In this document: piece after piece, positions 21,150 through 31,097 of the stretch
Layout: each line of letters starts with the position of its first letter
Position numbering within the stretch: the first letter of the stretch is position 1
NCBI GenBank assembly: GCA_964350445.1
Contig: CAYGKA010000007.1
Location: forward strand, 41,341 to 105,340
Origin: an uncultured Flavobacteriaceae bacterium
GTDB taxonomy: Bacteria; Pseudomonadota; Alphaproteobacteria; UBA8366; Aestuariispiraceae
Length of the DNA: 64,000 bases
Direction of reading: 5' to 3'
The notes under the pieces: generated by a model
Told to the model about the DNA's origin: nothing
The model's database searches: none
What the model saw: the letters and a program-made list of their open reading frames with translations, nothing else
Translations under genes and position numbers: made by a program

Positions 21150-21480
21150 AAAGGGTGGCATGGAATAAGCGCAGCGGACCCGGGGGCGGTACCCGGCGCC
21201 TCCACCATGAGAACCAAGCAAACCTGATATTTCAGAGGGTTACGCAGGGTTCTGATGATGGGGGCGAAATAGGATCGACGCGTGTGGTAAAGATGCTTTC
21301 TGCGTTCGGTATGGTATCCGCCGTTATCGGGCCACGGCTATAAATGCCAATGATAACGGAGAGATGGTTGCCGTCGCCGCGTAATGCGGTCAAAGCGACA
21401 CTTCGGAATTCCTAGCCGGTTCATCGCCGTCTAGGTGGGGTATGGGGGACCTAGCAACAGAACCCCCCACTTTATTCTCC
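21150..21480 (+). ncRNA. ssrA: tmRNA, circularly permuted two-piece type (acceptor piece, spacer, coding piece); outer ends approximate
   Basis: The acceptor 3' strand plus CCA (CGCCTCCACCA, ending at 21207) lies upstream of the 5' strand GGGGGCG (21260-21266). The two pair with a G3:U wobble. A T-arm CCGGG/CCCGG is present. The spacer has an AGAACC/GGTTCT stem. The tag frame GCC AAT GAT AAC GGA GAG ATG GTT GCC GTC GCC GCG TAA (21346-21384) encodes ANDNGEMVAVAA. Confidence 0.8.
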
Positions 21481-21709
21481 CGCGCACTTCTTGAACCATC
21501 GCAGGCAGCGCCTGCCGTCATACGGTCATGCGAAAGCGGCGCGGCCAATTTCACGTTTATCGCAATTTGCAAACAATTGGGTCTTTTCACCCGGCACCGG
21601 GACTGCAATTCTATAGCGGTCAACGTGATGCGTCCGCCTGGGCCTTTAGCCCCTTCGCATCGCGCCTTTTTGATTCATGTGCGTCGATACAGTTGTGGTG
21701 GGGAACAGA

Positions 21710-22240
21710 ATGTCCGAGGACCGGATTGGCTATAATGCGATGGTTGAGGAAGCGATGCGCAGCGTCGTTCGCAAAGCCATCGAATTGGCCGCATCCGAAG
21801 GCCTTCCGGGCGAACACCATTTCTATATCACCTTCCGCACCGACCACCCGGACGCGAAGCTGCCCGACCATCTGCACAAACGCTATCCGCGCGAAATGAC
21901 CATTGTTCTGCAGCATCAATTCTGGAACCTGACGATCGACGACGAGAAACTCGAAGTCGACTTGAGCTTCAATCAGAAACTTGAACGTCTGCGCGTGCCG
22001 ATGGACGCCTTGATTACCTTCGCCGATCCATCGGTCAATTTCGGTCTGCAGTTCCATCCTTCCACGCCGGAAGGAGAGGCGGAAGACGACATCCTGGAAA
22101 TCGGCGATGACGAAACCGCCGACGAGGCCGGCGACATCGCCGGCGCCGCCGCGGACAACGCGGCCGAACCAAGCGATTCCGAAGGCGAAAACCGCGACGC
22201 CGACAACGTGGTCACCCTGGACGCCTTCCGCAAAAAATAA
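21710..22240 (+). CDS. sspB: ClpXP adaptor SspB (alphaproteobacterial type)
   Basis: ATG at 21710. GLPGEHHFYITFRTDHPDAKLPDHLHKRYPREMTIVLQHQFWNL ... FADPSVNFGLQF closely resembles Caulobacter-type SspB. Has an acidic C-terminal tail. Confidence 0.8.
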   Translation: MSEDRIGYNAMVEEAMRSVVRKAIELAASEGLPGEHHFYITFRTDHPDAKLPDHLHKRYPREMTIVLQHQFWNLTIDDEKLEVDLSFNQKLERLRVPMDALITFADPSVNFGLQFHPSTPEGEAEDDILEIGDDETADEAGDIAGAAADNAAEPSDSEGENRDADNVVTLDAFRKK

Positions 22241-22424
22241 CCGGTCCTTCACGCCGCCACCGCCGCTTTTCCGTTCCGCGTCATTCGGCCGGTGCGGACC
22301 TTTCGCTTGGGCTGCCGACATATACGATGGTAATAGATGAGGAGACGGGTCCGTGTTGCTTTCGCCAGCGCGGGTTACCACAAGAATCTGGATAATCAGC
22401 CGCGACAGGCGAAGGGGAAGAACG

Positions 22425-24041
<1,617 letters not shown>

Positions 24042-24055
24042 TCCGCGGGCGCCGC

Positions 24056-24910
24056 ATGCGAACGTCGCCGCTTCATCCTGATTTCGGCGTTGAGGTTCAC
24101 GATCTGGACCTCAACGCCGTCACGTCCGAAAACGGATACGCGGACTTGCGGCGCCTGTTCGATATCCATTCGCTGTTGCTGTTCCGGAATCAGCCCTTGT
24201 CGACGGAAGCGCATCTGCGCCTGGCGCGGTTGTTCGGGCCGATCGAGAACCGGACGGACGATCCGGTAGAGAGACTGTCACCCGTGTCCAACGCGAAAGA
24301 CAGCGGCGGCGTCACCGCGGCCGACGACCTCCACACCTTGAATCTGATCGCCAATCAGCTTTGGCATACAGACAGCACTTTCCTGCCTGTCCCGGCGCTC
24401 GCCAACCTGCTGCAAGCCCGGGTCATCAGCAGTTCGGGCGGCGAGACCGAGTTCGTCTCAACCCGAGCCGGCTTCAAACGCCTGCCGGAACAGGTCCGCG
24501 AAACATTGCGCCGCACCTCCTTCCGTCACGACTACAAGCATTCCCGCGGGGCGATTGCCGAAGACCTGACCCGCATGGCCATCATCTCGAAATGGCCGGA
24601 ACAGCGATGGCGGGCGATTTGGCCGAATCCCGTGACCGGCGAGGAAGCGCTCTATATCGCCTCACACGTTTTTGCGGTCGACGGCATGGACCGGGCCATG
24701 GCGAAAGCCTGGGTCAAGGAACTGACGGAGGCGATGACGCCACCGGAAGCGATCTACACCCATGACTGGGAACCGGGCGACATGATCATCTGGGACGAAC
24801 GCGCCACCATGCATCGTGGCCGGCCTTGGCCTTATGACGAGGAACGAACACTCGTCAGCGTCTGCGTCACCGCGCGGGATATCGATGGCCTCTCGGCAAT
24901 CAGGCTTTAG
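24056..24910 (+). CDS. TauD/TfdA-family Fe(II)/2-oxoglutarate dioxygenase
   Basis: ATG at 24056. WHTDSTFLPVPALANLL ... GGETEFVS ... WDERATMHRG is the His-x-Asp...His facial-triad pattern. Confidence 0.8.
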   Translation: MRTSPLHPDFGVEVHDLDLNAVTSENGYADLRRLFDIHSLLLFRNQPLSTEAHLRLARLFGPIENRTDDPVERLSPVSNAKDSGGVTAADDLHTLNLIANQLWHTDSTFLPVPALANLLQARVISSSGGETEFVSTRAGFKRLPEQVRETLRRTSFRHDYKHSRGAIAEDLTRMAIISKWPEQRWRAIWPNPVTGEEALYIASHVFAVDGMDRAMAKAWVKELTEAMTPPEAIYTHDWEPGDMIIWDERATMHRGRPWPYDEERTLVSVCVTARDIDGLSAIRL

Positions 24911-25030
24911 CCGCTCCGCACTCACCGCCTCCAAAAAAATTGTTGCACCGCAATATAATTGATGATTTATTCATGAAACCATGTGGTTATGAATGCTGCG
25001 ATGCATTTTATCAGCAAGCGGAGTTAGATT

Positions 25031-25267
25031 GTGCCGAGAGACAACATTGCCCACGATTTGACGCCAAACCCGGTCATGAACGAAAAGGCAGCGAACGCTT
25101 TGGATAAGGAAATTGCTTTTCGCACGTCCCTCGCCGCCCTCCGGTCGGCGGCGGAATTGTTGCGCGACTTCCCGAAGATCAGCGACGAGGACCGCGCCCG
25201 CTTCGTGAACATCCTGCTGATGGAAGAACAGCGTCTGGAACGGATGATACCGGAACTGTCCGCCTAA
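25031..25267 (+). pseudogene. 78-codon HisKA-like fragment (histidine-kinase phosphoacceptor/dimerisation helix only)
   Basis: IAHDL..(20-aa interruption)..RTSLAALRSAAELLRDFPKISDEDRARFVNILLMEEQRLERMI looks like an H-box plus following helix. It lacks a sensor or HATPase domain, and an AT-rich sequence lies immediately upstream. Confidence 0.4.
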
Positions 25268-25301
25268 CGGCCCGGCAGCCCACCGGGTTTCCGAGCACAA
25301 G

Positions 25302-25331
25302 GCCCCCAAGCTGTAGGCGCGGGGGCTTTTT
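25302..25331 (+). terminator. Rho-independent terminator after the HisKA-like fragment
   Basis: GCCCCC (25302-07) pairs with GGGGGC (25321-26), followed by TTTTT. Confidence 0.6.
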
Positions 25332-25527
25332 CATGTTCCGGCCGGAACGATCTGGCACCATCTCCGATTTCGAGGAAACGTCCCCCCGTTTTCACCCATC
25401 TCCGGGCCTGAACCGATTGACTTCTTCCCACACCCAAATAACCTAACCCACTCAACCATTTCGGGTGCCCGCGCGCTGGACCAACCCGCCTGAAATACAG
25501 TCTCCTCATCCTTGTTGGAGTAGTGCA

Positions 25528-26202
25528 ATGCCAAACGGATACCCCAAAATCCTGGCAATTCTCTTTCTTGCCATCGGCCTCGGCGGCTGCAATCAGTTCG
25601 GCTTGCGCAGCAATAGCATCGAGCTTGGCAGAGACGTCACCTTCCTGAGCAAGTCGTCTCCGCAACTTGGGTTCGTGCATTCGTCGAATTGGCAAATCCG
25701 AGAGGTACCCTCTCCAGCCAGCGGCGGGTCGCTCCTCGTGCTCCAATTCCGCCCACCGAACTACAACTTCACGGTTCGATCGGTGCAATCGCTTTGGAAA
25801 GCAACCAATTGCGCCATGTTCAACGACCGGAGCAAACCGAGCGCAGATGGGGAGAGCAAAGCCGGCCGGGCACTGCTGATCGACAATATGATCAGCAATT
25901 TCCCAAGCAAGCGCGTACCGCCTGCGACGGAAAAATTCCTTGATGCGAATTACGAACGAGATGAGTTCGAGAATGTTACCGCACGCGTGATCACGCATTA
26001 CGAGGTGGAGGCTGTGAAAACAACGACCAGAAACGGTCACATTGTTAAATCCAAGAAGACCACCGTCCCTTGGTATTCATTCGGTCAGTCGCAGCGGATC
26101 GGCGATAACGACATTTATGTCTTCTGCTCCGGCGATCCCGGCTACCACAACCATTTCGAAGCTCTTGCGGATAGCCTCGCCAGGACACTTAAGGTCTTCT
26201 AG
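25528..26202 (+). CDS. Lipoprotein of unknown function
   Basis: ATG at 25528 after GGAG. Signal peptide with lipobox: MPNGYPKILAILFLAIGLGGC. The gene is visibly more AT-rich than its neighbours. Confidence 0.65.
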   Translation: MPNGYPKILAILFLAIGLGGCNQFGLRSNSIELGRDVTFLSKSSPQLGFVHSSNWQIREVPSPASGGSLLVLQFRPPNYNFTVRSVQSLWKATNCAMFNDRSKPSADGESKAGRALLIDNMISNFPSKRVPPATEKFLDANYERDEFENVTARVITHYEVEAVKTTTRNGHIVKSKKTTVPWYSFGQSQRIGDNDIYVFCSGDPGYHNHFEALADSLARTLKVF

Positions 26203-26265
26203 TTCATCCGTGAGTGGTAGCGGGTCCGTCAACCAACCGTCACGGCTTCCGAAAACCACCTATCT

Positions 26266-26342
26266 GGCTTTGCCGGTAACAGTCGTCGTAGCGCGCCCTC
26301 ACTTGGCGCGCCTGTTCCTCTAGGGACAACGACGAAAATCGG
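26266..26342 (-). pseudogene. Decayed duplicate of the dksA 3' end and stop-proximal flank
   Basis: Hand alignment with 28272..28356: GGCTTTGCCGGTA(A/T)CAGTCGTCG...CGCCCTC..TGGCGC..CCTG..CCTC.AGGGACAACG.CG..ATCGG. It contains indels and a frame shift relative to dksA. Confidence 0.55.
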
Positions 26343-26414
26343 GCACGTTTCGCGAATATCCTGCTGATGGAAGAGCAGCGCCTGGAGCAAATATTCCCTG
26401 CCCTTTCCGCTTAA
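26331..26414 (+). repeat. Second, diverged copy of the last 27 codons plus stop of the HisKA-like fragment (compare 25184..25267)
   Basis: DENRARFANILLMEEQRLEQIFPALSA* versus DEDRARFVNILLMEEQRLERMIPELSA*. About 63 of 84 nt are identical by hand count, and most differences are synonymous. A stop lies just upstream in frame. Confidence 0.6.
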
Positions 26415-26444
26415 GTGGAACGGCTCGCACAACACAGCCCGAAA

Positions 26445-26475
26445 GAAGCCCCCGAGCGGTGTACTCGGGGGCTTC
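26445..26475. terminator. Strong hairpin, probably a bidirectional terminator (phoD on - strand, fragment copy on + strand)
   Basis: A perfect 12-bp stem, GAAGCCCCCGAG / CTCGGGGGCTTC, with a 7-nt loop. Confidence 0.6.
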
Positions 26476-26500
26476 TTCGGTGTTCATTGCCCAATCGGCA

Positions 26501-28054
26501 TTACGCGCGTTCCGGCACCAGCGTCGTAGACCACAATTCAGCATCGGCGCGGTCCATCAGGCGGACCGTCATGGCTTCCGACGCGCCGTCGATATCGACG
26601 AGACCGAAGAACTGCATCCCATCGGACGGGGGCAGGTTCGCGCCCTGCTCCTTCGTGGGCGCCTTCACATATTTCACTTCCGGCCCGAAGGTCATGTCCA
26701 AATCGTTCGGCCCGAAGGTCCCCGCATGCAGCGGCCCGCTGACGAATTCCCAGAACGGATTGAATTCCTGTTCCTGCGCCTTGTTCGGGTTGTAGAAATG
26801 CGCCGCGGTATAATGCACATCAGCGGTCAGCCAGACCGTGTTCTTGATACCACCGGTCTTGATGAAGCGCAGCAGATCCGCGATTTCCAATTCACGCCCC
26901 TTGGCCGGACCGTGGTCGCCGTTGGAGATGGCCTCCGCGCCGGCCTTGTTCTTCCAGTCATCCCAGACGATCAGACCGATCGGCATGTCGGAAGCAATCA
27001 CCTTCCAGGTCGCCCTGGAATTCCCCAATTCCCGCTTCAGCCAGACCAACTGTTCCGCGCCCAGAATGCGGCTTTCATCGGTGATTTTCGTTTCCATCGA
27101 CGGGCCATTGGGCCCACGGTAGGACCGCAGATCGATGAAAAAGACGTCAAGCAACGGACCGTAGGAAATCTTGCGGTAAACGCGTCCTGGTTCGGCCGGC
27201 GTATAGCGGATCGGCGTCATCTCATGGAAAGCGCGGCCCGCGCGGGCTGCCAGCAGTTGAATATCCTTGACCGCATAGCGGTCGTCGCCCGTCAGGTCCT
27301 TGGCCGCCGACCAGTTGTTCACGACTTCATGGTCGTCCCACTGGAAGAATGTCGGAACCTGACCGTTGAAGGCGCGGACATGCTCGTCCAGCATGTTGTA
27401 TTTCCAACGGCCGCGATATTCGTCCAGGGTTTCCGCCACTTTGTGGACGCCTTCGTCGACAAGGCTGTTCCAGGTCTCCCCGTTCGGCATTTTCTTGGTC
27501 GCCGCGATGGCGCCGTCGGCATAGATCGTATCGCCGCTATGGATGAAGAAATCCGGATTGTGCCGCGCCATCGTGCCGTAGGTTGCCATGCCGCCTCGGT
27601 CCCGGTCGATACCCCAGCCCTGCCCGGCGGTATCGCCGGACCAGACAAAACGCACGTCGCGGCGGGACGCCGGTGCCGTGCGGAAATGTCCGACCACCGG
27701 TTCGGACTGGGCATGGCCGACCGTGAGGTCGCTGAACGCGACGCGAAAGAATATCTCCTGATCCGACGGAAGATCCGTCAGCAGACGCTTCATTGCGAAA
27801 TCGCTTTCGGGCAGCACGTTCAACGGTGCCAGACGGACACTGTTCTTGAAGCTGTCGCTCGTGGCCACTTCCACGAAAGCCTTGGCGGGGCGATCGGTGC
27901 GGGCCCAGATTACGCCGGATGACATATCCACATCGCCCGACTGGACGCCATGGGTGACGACGGGGCGGCTCGAAGCATAGCTGATCGCAGGTGCGGCCAG
28001 CACCAGACCGGCGGCTGCGGTGCCGCGCAGGATTTGACGACGGTTCATAGTCAT
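26501..28054 (-). CDS. phoD: Alkaline phosphatase D (PhoD family), Tat-secreted
   Basis: Twin-arginine signal MTMNRRQILRGTAAAGLVLAAPA. PhoD-like metallophosphatase body: FVWSGDTAGQGWG and FIHSGDTIYAD. Confidence 0.88.
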   Translation of the reverse strand: MTMNRRQILRGTAAAGLVLAAPAISYASSRPVVTHGVQSGDVDMSSGVIWARTDRPAKAFVEVATSDSFKNSVRLAPLNVLPESDFAMKRLLTDLPSDQEIFFRVAFSDLTVGHAQSEPVVGHFRTAPASRRDVRFVWSGDTAGQGWGIDRDRGGMATYGTMARHNPDFFIHSGDTIYADGAIAATKKMPNGETWNSLVDEGVHKVAETLDEYRGRWKYNMLDEHVRAFNGQVPTFFQWDDHEVVNNWSAAKDLTGDDRYAVKDIQLLAARAGRAFHEMTPIRYTPAEPGRVYRKISYGPLLDVFFIDLRSYRGPNGPSMETKITDESRILGAEQLVWLKRELGNSRATWKVIASDMPIGLIVWDDWKNKAGAEAISNGDHGPAKGRELEIADLLRFIKTGGIKNTVWLTADVHYTAAHFYNPNKAQEQEFNPFWEFVSGPLHAGTFGPNDLDMTFGPEVKYVKAPTKEQGANLPPSDGMQFFGLVDIDGASEAMTVRLMDRADAELWSTTLVPERA

Positions 28055-28213
28055 GGATTGAACTCCCGGTTCGATGAATGTGGCCGCACCCTAGATGTCC
28101 CGTCGTGACACGCCGATGTATCGTGCATGACACTCAAAGAAACGAAGCGAGAAGAAATCATGACGGCGCCATTACACGCCAAGGTGCCGCCCAACGGCGC
28201 GTGCCACCGGCCG

Positions 28214-28242
28214 AAAGAAAAAGGGCGGGGAAAACCCCGCCC
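28214..28242 (-). terminator. Rho-independent terminator of dksA
   Basis: Stem GGGCGGGG aaaa CCCCGCCC (28223-28242), followed on the minus strand by a T-rich run (plus-strand AAAGAAAAA). Confidence 0.7.
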
Positions 28243-28284
28243 TGAAATTTTGCCGATGGAACGGCCGATCCGGCTTTGCCGGTA

Positions 28285-28752
28285 TCAGTCGTCGCGGCGC
28301 GTACGCTCCGCCCTCTCGTGGCGCTCCTGCGCCTCAAGGGACAACGTCGCGATCGGCCGCGCTTCCAATCGGCGAAGAGAAATCGGTTCCCCGGTCTCTT
28401 CGCAGTAACCGTAAATACCATCCAGGATACGCTGAAGCGCCTCATCGATCTTGGCGATGAGTTTGCGTTCACGATCCCGCGTCCGCAATTCGATGGAACG
28501 GTCCGTTTCCATGCTCGCACGATCGGTCAGATCGGGTTGAGCAAGGTTTTCCTGCTGCATGCTTTCCAACGTATCCGACGATTCCCGGAGCAGTTCGGCG
28601 CGCCACCGCAGCAGCCTTTGACGGAAATATTCCTGCTGCAGGGGGTTCATGAACTCTTCGTCATCAGACGGGGTATAATCGGGGGGAAGCAATGTAGCGG
28701 AAAGATGGGAACTCTTGCTCTGAGCGGAACCTGTAGACTGGCCAGACGACAT
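28285..28752 (-). CDS. dksA: RNA polymerase-binding transcription factor DksA
   Basis: Coiled coil followed by the C-terminal region YGYCEETGEPISLRRLEARPIATLSLEAQERHE; 155 aa. Confidence 0.88.
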   Translation of the reverse strand: MSSGQSTGSAQSKSSHLSATLLPPDYTPSDDEEFMNPLQQEYFRQRLLRWRAELLRESSDTLESMQQENLAQPDLTDRASMETDRSIELRTRDRERKLIAKIDEALQRILDGIYGYCEETGEPISLRRLEARPIATLSLEAQERHERAERTRRDD

Positions 28753-28894
28753 AACTAACTCCTAACCCAAGCTACGGAAGGCGATCTAATTCCCTCGCGC
28801 GGGGGGTATAGGACTTCATCCCCTCAAACACAACGTTAATTTTTTTTGGTAAATAATGTTTTTCCGGGGAGAATGTTTCGGGGAAACAAGGCCT

Positions 28895-29353
28895 TCACCC
28901 TTCGAGCTTGGCCAGTTCCACAAGCGCCCGAACCTCGATTTCCTCAAGAATCGCCGCAAGCCGCGGGTCGTTCGATTGGGCTTTCCCGCGCGAAGCCGCA
29001 TCGGCGATCTCGTTCAATCGGTGCCGCGGAATCCGGCCCGTCAGCAAGCCGATGCGGATTTCCTCCAGCCCGTCCAGCATGTTCAGGCCCCAATTTCGGG
29101 CGCGTTTCTCCCGATCACCGGAACGGGCGTCTTCCGCGCCGGTCCGATCGGGTGCATCCACTTCCTGCAACGCAATCAACGCATCCACGGCGCCGACCAT
29201 CCCGCCCGCGGAAGGCGCGGTCTGCTCCACCGCATCGGTTGAGCCCGACGTGTCGAGCGAGGAAGCGAATGACGCCCCGCCGGCGCGCTTGGCCTTACCC
29301 GCCTTCTTCGCGCCCGTCGTTGCGTTGCTCTTGCTCGGTCCTTCGACCTTCAT
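28895..29353 (-). CDS. fliX: Flagellar assembly regulator FliX
   Basis: Divergent from flgI, as in Caulobacter. ALIALQEV ... RARNWGLNMLDGLEEIRIGLLTGRIP ... DPRLAAILEEIEVRALVELAKL. ATG at 29353 (alternative TTG at 29362). Confidence 0.8.
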   Translation of the reverse strand: MKVEGPSKSNATTGAKKAGKAKRAGGASFASSLDTSGSTDAVEQTAPSAGGMVGAVDALIALQEVDAPDRTGAEDARSGDREKRARNWGLNMLDGLEEIRIGLLTGRIPRHRLNEIADAASRGKAQSNDPRLAAILEEIEVRALVELAKLEG

Positions 29354-29443
29354 GTTCCACAATTCCTGAATAAACCCCGATACCTTCTTGAAACCTAACC
29401 GGATTCCCCGTTTCGGGAAAGAACCGCCGTAAAATCAGCTTCC

Positions 29444-29463
29444 CGGGCGGAAGATTTTGCCCG
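29444..29463. promoter_or_regulatory. Inverted repeat CGGGC-N10-GCCCG, candidate enhancer (bEBP site) about 100 bp upstream of the flgI -24 element
   Basis: CGGGC at 29444-48 and GCCCG at 29459-63. Position and symmetry fit a sigma-54 activator site. The sequence-level match to any known consensus has not been verified. Confidence 0.25.
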
Positions 29464-29526
29464 ACACGCTTTGGATTCCCGGATGCGCGGCCACAGGCCC
29501 CTGCCACATGAAAATTAATCCATATG

Positions 29527-29539
29527 AATCAATAGATTG
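29527..29539 (+). promoter_or_regulatory. IHF-consensus site (WATCAANNNNTTR)
   Basis: AATCAATAGATTG matches every defined position. It lies between the inverted repeat and the -24/-12 promoter. Confidence 0.4.
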
Positions 29540-29554
29540 CCGGCAGCCGGTTCG

Positions 29555-29570
29555 TGGCACGCTATTCGCA
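29555..29570 (+). promoter_or_regulatory. Sigma-54 (-24/-12) promoter of flgI
   Basis: TGGCAC-GCTAT-TCGCA with GG-N10-GC spacing, 44 nt upstream of the flgI ATG. Confidence 0.7.
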
Positions 29571-29613
29571 TCTGATGACGCGAGAGAGATTTACAGAGAG
29601 ACATGAGGCAGGA

Positions 29614-30768
29614 ATGTTCACCGTCCCGCACTTTCAACGCTTCTTCGGAACCCGCCACCGCGGGGCCGCCCTTGTCTTGGCGGTTGTCGCATTGGCCATA
29701 TTCGGCAGCACCCCGGGCTTCGCCCAATCGCGCATCAAGGACATCGTCGATTTCGAAGGCGTCCGTGACAACATGCTCGTCGGCTACGGTCTGGTCGTCG
29801 GCCTGAATGGAACGGGCGACGGCTTGAATTCCGCGATTTTCACGCGGGAAAGCCTGATCGGCATGCTGCAGCGCCTGGGCGTCAACGCGGATGACGACGC
29901 GCTGGACACCAACAATGTCGCCGCCGTCATGGTTACAGCCACCCTGCCCCCCTTCTCGCGTCAGGGAGCTCGCATCGACGTCAACGCCTCCGCCCTTGGA
30001 GATGCAAGCAGTTTGCTGGGTGGAACCCTGTTGGTGACGCCATTGGTCGGCGCAGACGGGGAAATTTACGCCGTTGCCCAGGGGACCCTCGCCGTTGGCG
30101 GTTTTTCCGCGCAAGGCGCCGCCGAAACCGTGATTAAGGGCGTCCCGACAAGCGCACGGATCGCGAACGGGGGCATTGTCGAACGAGAAATCAACTTCCG
30201 CATGGAAGACCTTCGCTCGGTCAAGATGACCCTGCGCAACCCGGACTTCACCACCGCACGTCGCGTCAGCCGCGCCATCAACGCCTTCGTCGGGCTGGAA
30301 ACGACCCGCGTGCTGGATTCCGGCACCGTCGAAATGGAAATACCCGAGACCTATAACGGCCGGGTGGTCGAAATGATCACCGATATCGAACAGCTTCGTG
30401 TCGAACCCGATCAAGTCGCTCGGGTGGTGATCGACGAGCAGTCCGGCGTCATCGTGATGGGTGAGAATGTGCGCATCAACCAGGTCGCCATCGCACAGGG
30501 CAGCCTGACGATACGGATCACGGAAACCCCACAGGTCTCCCAGCCCCTGCCCTTCTCCAATACGGGAACGACGCAGACCGTCGACCGAACGAATATCGAG
30601 ATCGACGAAGGTGGCGACCAAAGGCTGACAGTGCTGAACACGGGCGTAAGCCTTCAGGAAGTCGTAAATGGGCTGAACGCGCTCGGCATCGGCCCGCGCG
30701 ACATGATCACGATCCTTCAAGCAATCAAATTCGCCGGCGCGTTGCAGGCCGATATCGAGGTGATGTGA
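29614..30768 (+). CDS. flgI: Flagellar P-ring protein FlgI
   Basis: Signal peptide followed by SRIKDIVDFEGVRDNMLVGYGLVVGLNGTGD and the C-terminal ILQAIKFAGALQADIEVM. Confidence 0.93.
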   Translation: MFTVPHFQRFFGTRHRGAALVLAVVALAIFGSTPGFAQSRIKDIVDFEGVRDNMLVGYGLVVGLNGTGDGLNSAIFTRESLIGMLQRLGVNADDDALDTNNVAAVMVTATLPPFSRQGARIDVNASALGDASSLLGGTLLVTPLVGADGEIYAVAQGTLAVGGFSAQGAAETVIKGVPTSARIANGGIVEREINFRMEDLRSVKMTLRNPDFTTARRVSRAINAFVGLETTRVLDSGTVEMEIPETYNGRVVEMITDIEQLRVEPDQVARVVIDEQSGVIVMGENVRINQVAIAQGSLTIRITETPQVSQPLPFSNTGTTQTVDRTNIEIDEGGDQRLTVLNTGVSLQEVVNGLNALGIGPRDMITILQAIKFAGALQADIEVM

Positions 30769-31097
30769 TGAGCGATATCCTGCCAAACCAAGCCTTCGAA
30801 CTGGCGACCAGCGGCATCAACCGCCCCGCCAGCGCCTCGATCGACCTCGCCAAGGCCCGGCGCGACCCGGAAGCGGCCGCGAAAGATTTCGAGTCCTTCT
30901 TTATCGCCAACATGCTGGACCAGATGTTCGCCGGCCTGGAAACGGACGGCATGTTCGGCGGCGGTGAAGCCGAAAAGACCTATCGCAGCATGCTGCATCA
31001 GGAATACGGCAAGGCCATTGCCGACCAAGGCGGTGTCGGCGTCGGCAAGATGGTGAGCAGCGAAATCATCCGCATGCAGGAGCTGGCCAACCAATGA
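30768..31097 (+). CDS. flgJ: Rod-binding protein (FlgJ N-terminal-domain type, no muramidase domain)
   Basis: ATG overlaps the flgI stop (TGATG). AAKDFESFFIANMLDQMFAGL ... YRSMLHQEYGKAIA. Confidence 0.8.
   Translation: MSDILPNQAFELATSGINRPASASIDLAKARRDPEAAAKDFESFFIANMLDQMFAGLETDGMFGGGEAEKTYRSMLHQEYGKAIADQGGVGVGKMVSSEIIRMQELANQ

Noticed and set aside
21155-21343. 62-aa ORF
   Set aside because: It lies inside the tmRNA gene (acceptor piece, spacer and start of the coding piece).
21385-21709. Possible genomic-island integration at ssrA
   Set aside because: There is no integrase, no direct repeat of the tmRNA 3' portion and no compositional break. The next gene is the housekeeping sspB.
26459-27922. 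487-aa ORF on the plus strand
   Set aside because: Antisense shadow of phoD. The PhoD reading has a Tat signal and metallophosphatase motifs.
29515-30786. 423-aa ORF on the minus strand
   Set aside because: Antisense shadow of flgI, with no family signal.
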